64,000 bases of DNA from a bacterium (GTDB taxonomy: Bacteria; Patescibacteriota; Microgenomatia; UBA1406; GWC2-37-13): the NCBI GenBank assembly GCA_021825445.1, contig JAKAHA010000005.1:21316-85315 (forward strand), written 5' to 3'. The first letter of the stretch is position 1, and each line of letters begins with the position of its first letter. The notes beneath the pieces were generated by a model, which had not been told where the DNA came from, did not search any database, and saw only the letters and a list, made by a program, of their open reading frames with translations. A program made the translations under genes and the position numbers. Below, piece after piece: positions 40,686-50,284 of the stretch.

Positions 40686-41391
40686 AAATATCTTTTAAAG
40701 TCTCAATTGTATCTCGAATAAAATTGACATTTTTTGTCTCCACATGTCTCCAAACGACAGGTACTTCGATTATTTTATAACCAAATTTTTGACCTAAAAA
40801 TAAAAATTCTATATCAAAACCTGCAGAAACCGATGAGTCTTTAGCGATTCTTTTGTCATGAAAAACCTGAAGTTTATCGATAATTTTCAAAGCAGCTTGC
40901 CTTTCAAATAATTTAAAACCGCACTGAGTATCTTTAATTCCTTTTAAACCAATAATTATGTTTCGAATTATAATAAATCCTTTAGCCATAATTTTTCGAA
41001 GAATCGGGGCACCTACCCGACTATTGTTACGTGAGCCAATCACAATTTGCCCGCCTTCATTTGTTTTGGAAATTAATTTTTCCACTTCTTCAATTGGGGT
41101 TGCCAAGTCAATGTCTGAGAAAACTACATAATCATATTTAGCTTGTCTAATACCAGTTAAGACAGCAAATGCTTTTCCCTGATGGGAGTTTTCTATCAAC
41201 CTAAATTTTGGAAAAGTTTTTAAGTATTTATTTTTTATGACTTTTTTTGAAGAATCATTTGAACCATCATCAACGATTAAAACTTCAGAAAACCTAACAT
41301 CTTGCATTGTGTAATTACCGATTTTATCCAAAACACCTTTTTGAATATTAGCCTCTTCGTTATAGCAGGGAATTATTAAAGATGTCTTCAT
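40645..41391 (-). CDS. Polyprenyl-phosphate sugar synthase (Alg5/Dpm1-like GT2)
   Basis: IIPCYNE, VDDGS, GKAFAV, DIDLATP, IGSR, DTQCGFKLF, FDIE. Confidence 0.88.
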   Translation of the reverse strand: MKTSLIIPCYNEEANIQKGVLDKIGNYTMQDVRFSEVLIVDDGSNDSSKKVIKNKYLKTFPKFRLIENSHQGKAFAVLTGIRQAKYDYVVFSDIDLATPIEEVEKLISKTNEGGQIVIGSRNNSRVGAPILRKIMAKGFIIIRNIIIGLKGIKDTQCGFKLFERQAALKIIDKLQVFHDKRIAKDSSVSAGFDIEFLFLGQKFGYKIIEVPVVWRHVETKNVNFIRDTIETLKDIFKIKLLDLQGKYH

Positions 41392-42848
41392 CTGACTAAT
41401 TTGTAAATTTTAACACCCGCCACCTCCCACTCTCCAATTATTTTATTTGGTGCAAAAAAGGCAATATCCCATTGAGGATTGCCTATGATAAGAGGGCATT
41501 TTTTTTCACAGACGACAAATAGCTCATTTGTCTTTTCAATCGAATCTTTTTCCTCGGCTCTTTTCCCCCAGATCTCCAGAAAATAACGATATGATGAATC
41601 GGAATATTTTTCCGGTAGTGCAGTTACAGTATATTTTTTGTCTCCAACATTATCAAAAATTTTTTTGGCAATACTTTTTGCAAACGAAATTTGGTTATTC
41701 GGTTGTCTATTAAAATAAGGATATTTTTGAAAATTAAGAAAGATAAAACCAATTATAAAAAAAATCGTTAAAAACTTTTCTAAAATAGTTCCTTTTGGGA
41801 AATCTAGAAAATATCCTATGATGATGTAATAAAGTGGGTAGAGGATCACAAGATAATGAGGATGTTTTGGACCACTATATAGGGACATTCCTAAAATTGC
41901 CAAAAGAAATATAAAAAGCAATGTTTTTAAATGAGATTTTTTTATGATTAAAGTAAATAAAATCATAAAAAGAAACAACATTAAGAGATAAACAAAGATT
42001 TTATTCAGATCGATATTAAAAGAATATAAATTTAAATAATAAAACGAATCAAAAAAACTGTTTACCTTTGTCAAAAAACTGGAACCTGAAGATCGAAAAA
42101 GATTTATAAAATTTTTACTATTTAGAAAATTGTGTCGAAGATCAAAGACGATAAGGGGAGAAGAAAAAAAGATAAAAGAAAAAATCATCAGTAAATAATT
42201 GCTAAATTGCTTCATTGTTATATTGCCAGACTGTTTTATTTTTTTTATTAAATCGTTTGCAAATAATACAGCAATTGGTGGAATAAGAAAAAGAGCCAGA
42301 TAATGAAGCTGAATGGAAAACGAAATAAAGGTGCCAAGCAGTGCAAAAAAATACCACTTATTAGTTTCCAAACTTTTTATTGCAAAATAAACTGTCAGTA
42401 AAGTAAATAATGGCAAAAGATTGGGATTCCATGAGTATCGAGAAAAGTCGATCAATACTGATGAGAAACTAAGAAATAAAGTAGAGATTAAAGAAATTCT
42501 TTTGTTAAATAACTCTTTGACAATTAGATAGTTAATTAAAAGATAGATCGAGGAAAAAAAAGCAACTCCAAAAGCCAGACCTACTGGTTGGTAATTAAAT
42601 AAAAGTAGCCAGGGAGTTATGAAATAATAATAAAAAGGACCCAAGTATACTTGACCGATTGATGTTGGAGCACCGATTGCCGGAAGATGTTCTAATGTTA
42701 ATATTCTTTTGGCGATAATTACATCTCGCCCCTGATCGCCTAAGAAAGTGACGAAACCTTCAAGACGATAAAATCGCAAAAATATACCCACAAGAATCAC
42801 TACGATTAAAATCCAATTCTTTGCTACAATGTTAGTTATGCGACGCAT
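41388..42848 (-). CDS. ArnT/PMT-like (GT-C) glycosyltransferase
   Basis: LRFY, GDQGRD, GPFYYY, SRYSWNPN, QLHY. Confidence 0.82.
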   Translation of the reverse strand: MRRITNIVAKNWILIVVILVGIFLRFYRLEGFVTFLGDQGRDVIIAKRILTLEHLPAIGAPTSIGQVYLGPFYYYFITPWLLLFNYQPVGLAFGVAFFSSIYLLINYLIVKELFNKRISLISTLFLSFSSVLIDFSRYSWNPNLLPLFTLLTVYFAIKSLETNKWYFFALLGTFISFSIQLHYLALFLIPPIAVLFANDLIKKIKQSGNITMKQFSNYLLMIFSFIFFSSPLIVFDLRHNFLNSKNFINLFRSSGSSFLTKVNSFFDSFYYLNLYSFNIDLNKIFVYLLMLFLFMILFTLIIKKSHLKTLLFIFLLAILGMSLYSGPKHPHYLVILYPLYYIIIGYFLDFPKGTILEKFLTIFFIIGFIFLNFQKYPYFNRQPNNQISFAKSIAKKIFDNVGDKKYTVTALPEKYSDSSYRYFLEIWGKRAEEKDSIEKTNELFVVCEKKCPLIIGNPQWDIAFFAPNKIIGEWEVAGVKIYKLVR

Positions 42849-43947
42849 ATATTCTTACTTAATTTTAACAGCTATTGTTTTAATTTCTACTATTGTTCTT
42901 TGGAGAAGTGTTGGAATGCTCACTATATATAGACAATATGATGGACCGCTATACATAGTACCAGCAAAAACTTTTTATGATCCAGCAAAAATTGAACAGT
43001 TAAAATTAGAGACAGGGTTGAGCACAAAATATTATGCAGCTCATCTACCGTTGTATCCTGTACTTATTAGACTAATGAGTCTAATTCCAATTGGAAATCT
43101 TAAATATTTAAAATCGATGATTGGAATAAATTTGTTATCAACAATTGGATTGGTATTATTTTTTTATTATCTACTAAAGAAGTTTAATCTGACAAAAAAT
43201 CCATTAATGCTGGCTTCAGTATTATTATTTCTTCCTAGATTTTTGGTAGTCAGATCGGCTGGAGCACCAGAAAGTTTGTTTATGTTGCTTATTTTGTTAT
43301 CACTTTTCTTTTTTGAAAAGGAAAAATTTTGGCTGGCAGGGTTATTTGGAGGACTGGCGACGATGACAAAAACACCTGGAATTCTTTTATTTCCCGCATA
43401 CATGTTTGTGTTATTTGAGTCATTTGTCATCCCCGTGAAGACGGGGATCCAGTCTAAAATGTTCAACTTTAAATGGCTTTATCTATTATTAATTCCTTTA
43501 GGTTTATTAGTTGTGTTTGGAATTTATGCGGTACAATATAAAGATTTTTTTGCCTACTTTCATTCTGGAGACAATATTCACTTGGTTTTTCCTTTTTCCG
43601 TTTTTAATTTTCAAAAACCTTGGGTTGGGACGGCATGGCTTGAAGAAATAATATTTTATTATTTTATGTATGGGCTGGCAATCATCAATTTGAAAGACAG
43701 TAAATATAGAAGTTTTTTTTATTTCGGTTTAGTATTTTTTACAGCTACTTTATTTGTGGAGCATCGTGATATCAGTCGTTACTCTTTACCCCTTTGGCCA
43801 CTGGCTTTAATTGCTTTTGAAAAGTTTTTTACTTCAAAAAAATTTCTGATTATTTTTGTAATATTATTACCAGCCATTTTTTTATATGCTTGGAATTTAC
43901 TGCTTTATAATGTCATGCCGATCAGTGATTGGGCGGCATTTTTGTGA
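42838..43947 (+). CDS. GT-C membrane glycosyltransferase (PIG-V/mannosyltransferase-like)
   Basis: YDGPLY, HLPLYP, ESLF, TKTPG, SRY. Start 7 nt below TGcTACAAT. Confidence 0.72.
   Translation: MRRIYSYLILTAIVLISTIVLWRSVGMLTIYRQYDGPLYIVPAKTFYDPAKIEQLKLETGLSTKYYAAHLPLYPVLIRLMSLIPIGNLKYLKSMIGINLLSTIGLVLFFYYLLKKFNLTKNPLMLASVLLFLPRFLVVRSAGAPESLFMLLILLSLFFFEKEKFWLAGLFGGLATMTKTPGILLFPAYMFVLFESFVIPVKTGIQSKMFNFKWLYLLLIPLGLLVVFGIYAVQYKDFFAYFHSGDNIHLVFPFSVFNFQKPWVGTAWLEEIIFYYFMYGLAIINLKDSKYRSFFYFGLVFFTATLFVEHRDISRYSLPLWPLALIAFEKFFTSKKFLIIFVILLPAIFLYAWNLLLYNVMPISDWAAFL
43425..43452. repeat. Family-B (dRS3/RPE-like) half element inside CDS
   Basis: TGTCATCCCCGTGAAGACGGGGATCCAG, encoding VIPVKTGIQ. Confidence 0.8.
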
Positions 43948-43958
43948 TAGAATTGGAT

Positions 43959-44975
43959 ATGAAAAAATTTTTGAAAAAACGATGGTATTTAATCCTAATA
44001 ATTTTAATTATTGGATTTTTTATTTATCGAAATCAAACAACCGTTCAAGGTAAAATCGAGACGTATAAAATAAAAAAGGAAGATTTAAGAGAAACTCTTT
44101 CTTTATCGGGAAAGATTGAGGCTGATGAAAAAGTTAATTTAAAATTTCAAACCTCAGGAAGATTGGCTTGGGTTGGGGTCAAAGAGGGAGATGCTGTAAA
44201 AAAATATCAAATGATTGCCACTCTTGACCAAAGAGATTTGAAAAATCGCATGCAAAAATATTTGAATACTTTTGCTTCAGCTCGCAATACTTTCGAACAG
44301 ACGAAAGTTGAGAATTGGAATGAGCAGTTTGATATTTCCGAAACTGTCCGAAAAGCGGCGGAGCAAACACTCAAAAATAATCAATTTAGCTTAGAAAATA
44401 CCGTACTGGATGTTGAGTATCAGAATTTAAGTTTGGAATACGCCAATCTTTGGACTCCGATTGAGGGAATAGTTACCCACGTTTCAGCTCCTTTTCCTGG
44501 AGTAAACATCACTCCTGCCGGAGCGGAATTTGATATTGTTAACCCAAAGACTTTATATTTTTCAGTGACGGCAGAACAGTCTGATGTGATCAAATTAGAA
44601 GAGGGGATGGTGGGCGATATAATTTTGGACTCTTATCCTGATGAAACTTATCAAGGAAAACTATACTATGTTTCTTTTGCCCCAAAAGATGGTGAGACTG
44701 GAACGGTCTACGAACTGAGATTAAATTTAGATGATAAAATAAAAAAATTACCTCTGAAGTTGGGGATGACAGGAGATCTAGATTTTGCTTTAAGAGAGAT
44801 AACAGACGTCATTTCCGTTCCAACAAGATTTATCAAAAAAGATTCTAAAGGAAATTTTGTTCAGATTATAAAAGATAATAGTAAAGAAAAAAGATATATT
44901 AAATTAGGACAAGAAATCGATGGAAAAGTAGAAATTAAATTTGGGGTAACGAGCGGAGAAGTAATATATGATTAA
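43959..44975 (+). CDS. Efflux RND/MacA-type periplasmic adaptor subunit
   Basis: N-terminal TM, SG.LAWVGVKEGD.VKK.Q, coiled hairpin, TPIEG.V. Confidence 0.9.
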   Translation: MKKFLKKRWYLILIILIIGFFIYRNQTTVQGKIETYKIKKEDLRETLSLSGKIEADEKVNLKFQTSGRLAWVGVKEGDAVKKYQMIATLDQRDLKNRMQKYLNTFASARNTFEQTKVENWNEQFDISETVRKAAEQTLKNNQFSLENTVLDVEYQNLSLEYANLWTPIEGIVTHVSAPFPGVNITPAGAEFDIVNPKTLYFSVTAEQSDVIKLEEGMVGDIILDSYPDETYQGKLYYVSFAPKDGETGTVYELRLNLDDKIKKLPLKLGMTGDLDFALREITDVISVPTRFIKKDSKGNFVQIIKDNSKEKRYIKLGQEIDGKVEIKFGVTSGEVIYD

Positions 44976-45639
44976 AATTTCTCATGTTAATAAAGAATAC
45001 GTTTTAGATGCTGACAATATTTTTCATGCACTGACCGATATTAATGTTGAAATAAAAGATAAGGAATTTGTCTCAATCATTGGACAATCAGGATCGGGAA
45101 AATCTACCTTAATGCACATTATTGGTTTACTAGATAGACCGACCACAGGTAAAGTAACTGTCAATGACCAAGATGTCTCAAAACTTAATGATGATGAAAT
45201 TTCTTTGCTTCGAAATGATTTTGTCGGATTTATCTTTCAACAATTTAATTTAATTAACAAATTAACAGTAATAGAAAATGTTATGTTGCCGTCAATTTAT
45301 TCTAGGAAAAAGTTGACTTTTGATCCTCAACAAAAAGCCTTTGAACTTTTGAAAAGGTTTGGACTTGAGACAAAAATTAAATCATATCCAAATAAACTTT
45401 CGGGTGGACAACAACAAAGAGTTGCGATCGCCAGGGCACTGATTATGAGTCCAAAATTAATTCTTGCTGATGAACCAACGGGGAATCTTGATTCAAAATC
45501 AGGTGAAATAGTACTTTCATTAATAAGGGATTTAAACCATAAAGAAAAGATTACAGTAATTATCGTTACTCACGATATGAATGTTGCCAAACAGGCAAGC
45601 AGGATCATAAGGATTAAAGACGGTAAAATCGAGAAATAA
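44968..45639 (+). CDS. MacB/LolD-type ABC transporter ATP-binding protein
   Basis: [42 protein letters not shown]. Confidence 0.93.
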   Translation: MIKISHVNKEYVLDADNIFHALTDINVEIKDKEFVSIIGQSGSGKSTLMHIIGLLDRPTTGKVTVNDQDVSKLNDDEISLLRNDFVGFIFQQFNLINKLTVIENVMLPSIYSRKKLTFDPQQKAFELLKRFGLETKIKSYPNKLSGGQQQRVAIARALIMSPKLILADEPTGNLDSKSGEIVLSLIRDLNHKEKITVIIVTHDMNVAKQASRIIRIKDGKIEK

Positions 45640-45648
45640 AAACTACTT

Positions 45649-46860
45649 ATGAATTATTTTATATTTATTATAACCAGTGCATATGTCGACTTAATGCGTA
45701 ATAAAGCTCGGACATTTTTGACAACTTTAGGAATTGTAATCGGAGTTGCGTCTGTTGTTTTGCTCCAGGCTTTTGGACTAGGACTTAAAGCGTATATTAA
45801 GGGGCAGTTTGATAGTCTTGGTACAAATTTAGTTTTTATATTGCCTGGAAATATGTTTAGGGCGGGAGGAAGCGGGTTTGGAGCAGGCTCAATGGGGTCA
45901 GCAATCTCTTTTGACGAAAAAGATTTAAATAGTCTAAAAAGAGCTAGTGATGCAGAAATTATAGTACCATCGACCATGAAAAGTTCTAAAATTGAGGCAT
46001 TGGGAAAAAGTGAATATGCAACAATTTATGGAACGAGTGAAGAAATTTTTCCCACAAGAAATTTAGAAATTGATAAAGGGACATTTTTTTTAAAAAGCGA
46101 TATAAATAAAAGAACAAAAGTGGCTGTAATGGGTCCAAAAATTGCTGAAAAACTTTTTGGACAAGCTGAATTTGCGGTAGATCAAAAGATTAGCATTGAT
46201 AAAATTACATTTAAAGTAGTTGGCGTTTTGAAATCAAAAGGAGGTGGAGGATTTGGCGGACCTGATTTTGATAGTTATGTTTATATTCCTTATAAAACTG
46301 CCTTTTTAGTAAATAATAAAAAAAGCTTCTCAAGCTTTGTTATTAAGGCGATATCATCAGAAAGAATTACTGATTTAAAGAATGAAACAGATAAGATTTT
46401 ACTGAAAAGATATAAAGAAGAAGATTTTTCAGTAGCCGAATCAAAGGAGATATTAAACACCGTTGAATCAATTTTCTCAATGTTAAATATGGTATTGGTT
46501 GCAATTGGAGGAGTTTCTCTTGTAGTTGGAGGAATAGGGATAATGAATATTATGTATGTATCGGTCACCGAGCGGATAAGAGAGATTGGCATAAGGCGAG
46601 CAATGGGAGCTTTGGAAAAAGATATTTTACTTCAATTTTTGTCGGAATCAGTATTGCTTTCACTGCTTGGAGGAGTGTTGGGATTATTATTGTCTTTTCT
46701 TATCGTTTTAATTTTAAGAATATTTTTTCCTGCATATATTGATTTGAGTTCAATGTTGATGGCGATATTTGTCTCGTCAGCTATTGGAGTTGGTTTTGGT
46801 GTATTTCCTGCTAGGTCAGCCGCAAAACTTCTACCTATTGAAGCGATTCGTTATGAATAA
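45649..46860 (+). CDS. MacB-type ABC transporter permease
   Basis: RTFLTTLGIVIG, VGGIGIMNIM, ERIREIGIRRAMGA, PIEAIRYE. Confidence 0.92.
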   Translation: MNYFIFIITSAYVDLMRNKARTFLTTLGIVIGVASVVLLQAFGLGLKAYIKGQFDSLGTNLVFILPGNMFRAGGSGFGAGSMGSAISFDEKDLNSLKRASDAEIIVPSTMKSSKIEALGKSEYATIYGTSEEIFPTRNLEIDKGTFFLKSDINKRTKVAVMGPKIAEKLFGQAEFAVDQKISIDKITFKVVGVLKSKGGGGFGGPDFDSYVYIPYKTAFLVNNKKSFSSFVIKAISSERITDLKNETDKILLKRYKEEDFSVAESKEILNTVESIFSMLNMVLVAIGGVSLVVGGIGIMNIMYVSVTERIREIGIRRAMGALEKDILLQFLSESVLLSLLGGVLGLLLSFLIVLILRIFFPAYIDLSSMLMAIFVSSAIGVGFGVFPARSAAKLLPIEAIRYE

Positions 46861-46875
46861 TATAATGGTAACGAA

Positions 46876-48087
46876 ATGATAAAGGAATTTATTCATCTTC
46901 TGACTTTTGCCTTAGAGGATTTTTCACGTAATAAGCTACGAACTTTTTTAACATCACTTGGAATAATGATTGGTGTCTCATCAGTGGTTCTTCTACTGGC
47001 TTTAGGATTGGGACTTAAAGAATATATACGTCTTCAGTTTGCAAGCCTTGGAACAAATTTAATTATGGTCATGCCAGGAGGTGGTGGAGGAGGCAGTCTT
47101 AAAAGTATGGGTTCATCAATGGTAGGAGGTATAAGTTTTGATAGTCGCGACACCGATAAAATTAAAAGAATAAAAAATGTCAAAGTGGTGGCACCGTTTT
47201 TTATTAAATTTTTAGAGATAAAAGGGGAGAGGGATAGCGAATATGTTGAAGTAGCCGCTTCAACGGCAGATGTATATTCAGTGATGAATTTGGAAGTAGA
47301 TCAGGGTAGTTTTTATGACAAGGCAGATGCTGATCGGGGTCTTAAAGTAATAATTATTGGTCCAAAAATTGCCGAAAAACTTTTTGGAACCATTGAAAAT
47401 GCGATTGGAAAAAAAGTTGATTTAGGCGAACAAAGTTTTAAAGTAATTGGTGTTCCAAAATCTAAAGGCGGGGGAGGACTTGGAGGAGCGAGTATTGACG
47501 ACCATGCATATATTCCTTTAAAGTCGGCAAGTGCCTGGAATCCTAATAAAACGATTTATGCATATTATATTAAGGCGTCGAGTGAAGAAGTTATTCCCGA
47601 GTTAAAAAAGGATATTGAAAATGTTTTGTTGAAAAGATATAAGAAAGATGAATTTTCAGTTGGAGAAATGACTGATATTCTTAACATGGTAAATCAAATT
47701 TTTGCGATGTTAAATTTGGTATTAGTTTCAATTGGGGCAATTTCTTTACTTGTTGGCGGGATTGGAATAATGAATATTATGTATATCTCAGTTTTTGAGA
47801 GGATTAGAGAAATTGGAATTAGACGAGCGTTTGGGGCGACCAATCGTGATATCATGTCTCATTTTATAAGTGAAGCGGTGTTTTTATCTCTCTTTGGTGG
47901 GCTAGTGGGACTAATATTTTCTTATTTGGTTGTTTTGTTGATTAGGTTATATTTTCCGGCATACATCGATGTCTGGTCAGTCATAATTGCTCTTGGAGTT
48001 TCGTCTGGAATTGGAATAATTTTTGGAATTATCCCTGCTAGAAAAGCCTCGTCTCTTGATCCAGTTGAAGCGATGAGATATGAGTAG
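46876..48087 (+). CDS. MacB-type ABC transporter permease (tandem paralog)
   Basis: Same motifs and same 403-aa length as the preceding gene. Confidence 0.92.
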   Translation: MIKEFIHLLTFALEDFSRNKLRTFLTSLGIMIGVSSVVLLLALGLGLKEYIRLQFASLGTNLIMVMPGGGGGGSLKSMGSSMVGGISFDSRDTDKIKRIKNVKVVAPFFIKFLEIKGERDSEYVEVAASTADVYSVMNLEVDQGSFYDKADADRGLKVIIIGPKIAEKLFGTIENAIGKKVDLGEQSFKVIGVPKSKGGGGLGGASIDDHAYIPLKSASAWNPNKTIYAYYIKASSEEVIPELKKDIENVLLKRYKKDEFSVGEMTDILNMVNQIFAMLNLVLVSIGAISLLVGGIGIMNIMYISVFERIREIGIRRAFGATNRDIMSHFISEAVFLSLFGGLVGLIFSYLVVLLIRLYFPAYIDVWSVIIALGVSSGIGIIFGIIPARKASSLDPVEAMRYE

Positions 48088-48922
48088 TTTGGCATTTTGG
48101 ACAGAAAAAAGAGCTGCGACCGTTGTGTTTTATTCGTTTAATTAAGGTCTTACAGTTTAGGCAAGGTTCTCCTTCCCGCTCATAAACCAAAAAATTTCTT
48201 TGATGACCGCCACGTGATCCATCAGGAAGTATAAACGCCTCATCAGCCCCCGAGGAACCACAGTCTTTAATCCCTTGATTAATTGTTTGTTTAATTGTTT
48301 TATATAATAATTTTATTTCTTGATCTGTTAAAGAGTTCGATAATCTTTGCGGATGAATTTTAGCAAGAAATAGAGAATCGTTGGCATAAATATTTCCAAT
48401 GCCTGTTATAAAATCCTGATCCATTAATAGCACTTTGATTGGTTTGCGAGTTTTTTTGGCGATTGAAGAAACTAGTTCTGGAGTAAATTTATTATCTAAA
48501 ACATCAACTCCTTTTGGTTTTAGGGGTTGGTCACTTACTTTTATCCAGCCAAATTTACGCAAATCGTTGAAAAATATACCTGAGTCATCGGTAAATTCAA
48601 CAATGACTCTTGTTGTATTTGCTGGCATTTTGTTTCCGCCAGTAAAAGGAATTATGTTTTTAAAAACTGCGTGTTCGACATTTTTTGAAAAAAGAATTTG
48701 TCCGGATAATTTAAAATGAATGTTTAAATATTTTTTATTATTTAATCCAAAAACTAAAACTTTTCCATATCGATCAACGGAAATTATTTTTTGTCCAATA
48801 ACATCGTTTTTATTACCAATAAAATTTTTTGGGGAAAGAATTTGGATGTCAGAAATGACTTTTCCAATAACGTTTGGAGCAAGTTTACGTTTTATAGTTT
48901 CAACTTCAGGTAGTTCTGGCAT
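48038..48922 (-). CDS. mutM: Formamidopyrimidine-DNA glycosylase
   Basis: N-terminal MPELPEVET, GIGNIYA, C-terminal Zn finger CLNC...FCPKCQ. Confidence 0.95.
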   Translation of the reverse strand: MPELPEVETIKRKLAPNVIGKVISDIQILSPKNFIGNKNDVIGQKIISVDRYGKVLVFGLNNKKYLNIHFKLSGQILFSKNVEHAVFKNIIPFTGGNKMPANTTRVIVEFTDDSGIFFNDLRKFGWIKVSDQPLKPKGVDVLDNKFTPELVSSIAKKTRKPIKVLLMDQDFITGIGNIYANDSLFLAKIHPQRLSNSLTDQEIKLLYKTIKQTINQGIKDCGSSGADEAFILPDGSRGGHQRNFLVYEREGEPCLNCKTLIKRIKHNGRSSFFCPKCQTTHISSLQLDQETRLF

Positions 48923-48929
48923 GCGTAAA

Positions 48930-49033
48930 ATTTCTAATTTCTAATTGACCTAATTAACCTAAACAATTCCCAATTGATTATTAGATATTTTTTAGATCAA
49001 TTAGAATAATTAGACAAATTAGGTTAATTTAGA
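48930..49033. repeat. Degenerate 9-mer array with inverted second half
   Basis: CTAATTGAC CTAATTAAC...AATTAGAAT AATTAGACA AATTAGGTT. Confidence 0.55.
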
Positions 49034-50152
49034 TTTCACAAATTGCTTGATATTTTCTTCAAACTTTTCTTCTGTGAATCTCTCCGCTGTTTTTCTTGCT
49101 TCTTTTCTCATTTCCAGATATTTTTCTTTATTAAGTTTTTCAAATTCCGCAATTTTTTTTATAAGACTAGATTCGATTAATTGGTCAAATAGGAATCCGT
49201 TTTTTTCATTAATAACGTATTCAGGTATTCCACCAGAGCGAAAAGCAATGACGGGTAATCCATAACCCATCGCCTCGACTACCGCGATACCAAACTCTTC
49301 GTCACGGGATGCAAATAAAAATGCTTTTGCGTTTATATAAGTTTTTTTTAGCTCTTCGTCTGTCAGATTTCCTAAGAATTCAACAGTTTTACCAGCTATT
49401 TTTCTTAATCTTTCTTCATCTCGACCACTTCCTACAATTTTTAAATTAAATTTAAGTTTGTTTGAGGCTTTGATTAAAACATCGATATGTTTGGCTCGAG
49501 CGAGACGAGAAACCGTTAAGAAATATTCAGTTTTAAATTGTTGAAAATGGTTATAAATAGTTTTAAATAGTTTTGAATCAGAGATGTCAACCGGGGGGTA
49601 AATGACGGTAGAGTCGCGGCGGTAAAATTTTTCGATTCGTCTTTTTGTTTCCTCACTATTGGCAATTAAAAAGTCGGCTCGCTGAGTTGAAGTAAAATCC
49701 CAAATTCGCAAAAAATGATTAATAATATATCCATAAATTTTTATGAAAAAATATTTCTGCCATTCAATGGCTGTTTCATATCCATAAAGATAGCGTGGTG
49801 GATGGTGAATATAAGAAATATGAACGGTCGGTTTTTTAGTTTTAATTCCTTTAGACATCCAACTTCCACTGGATGAAATTACTAAGTCGTAACCAGAAAA
49901 ATCAAAGCTTTCCCAAATTAGAGGAGTCAGGAAGCGGAAGGGGGAGTAAAATCGGTTTAGAAGTGGGATCTTACCAAACCAAGAAACGTTGACTTTCCAG
50001 TCTTTAATTAAATTTTTATGAATGCCAAGAGAATTCAAATCAAAAGTTGTTGTATAAATATCAGCTTGGGGAAAGATTTTTTTTAAAGAAACCAGAACAC
50101 GTTCGGCTCCTCCAAATTCGCGTAATTGATCATGAACAAGGGCAACTTTCAT
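49019..50152 (-). CDS. Glycosyltransferase family 4
   Basis: MKVALVHD, GGAERV, VIYPPVD, VSRL, EEFGIAVVEAM. Confidence 0.9.
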   Translation of the reverse strand: MKVALVHDQLREFGGAERVLVSLKKIFPQADIYTTTFDLNSLGIHKNLIKDWKVNVSWFGKIPLLNRFYSPFRFLTPLIWESFDFSGYDLVISSSGSWMSKGIKTKKPTVHISYIHHPPRYLYGYETAIEWQKYFFIKIYGYIINHFLRIWDFTSTQRADFLIANSEETKRRIEKFYRRDSTVIYPPVDISDSKLFKTIYNHFQQFKTEYFLTVSRLARAKHIDVLIKASNKLKFNLKIVGSGRDEERLRKIAGKTVEFLGNLTDEELKKTYINAKAFLFASRDEEFGIAVVEAMGYGLPVIAFRSGGIPEYVINEKNGFLFDQLIESSLIKKIAEFEKLNKEKYLEMRKEARKTAERFTEEKFEENIKQFVKSKLT

Positions 50153-50180
50153 ATGTCTAATTATAACGTATCAGATCCTT

Positions 50181-50249
50181 GATATCGTGTTTTTTCGAAC
50201 GCCACACCCCAGGAGGGGACCCCTGGCGATTTTCTCAAAAACAGATATC
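50181..50249. repeat. Family-C long structured hairpin
   Basis: GATATCGTGTTTTTTCGAACGCCACACCCCAGGAGGGGACCCCTGGCGATTTTCTCAAAAACAGATATC. Confidence 0.78.
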
Positions 50250-50284
50250 TGCGAATGAATCTGCAAAAAATGATAAAATATCTG

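Noticed and set aside
45649..48087. Tandem duplicated permeases as a novel system
   Set aside because: An adaptor, an ATPase and two MacB-type permeases is a common arrangement.
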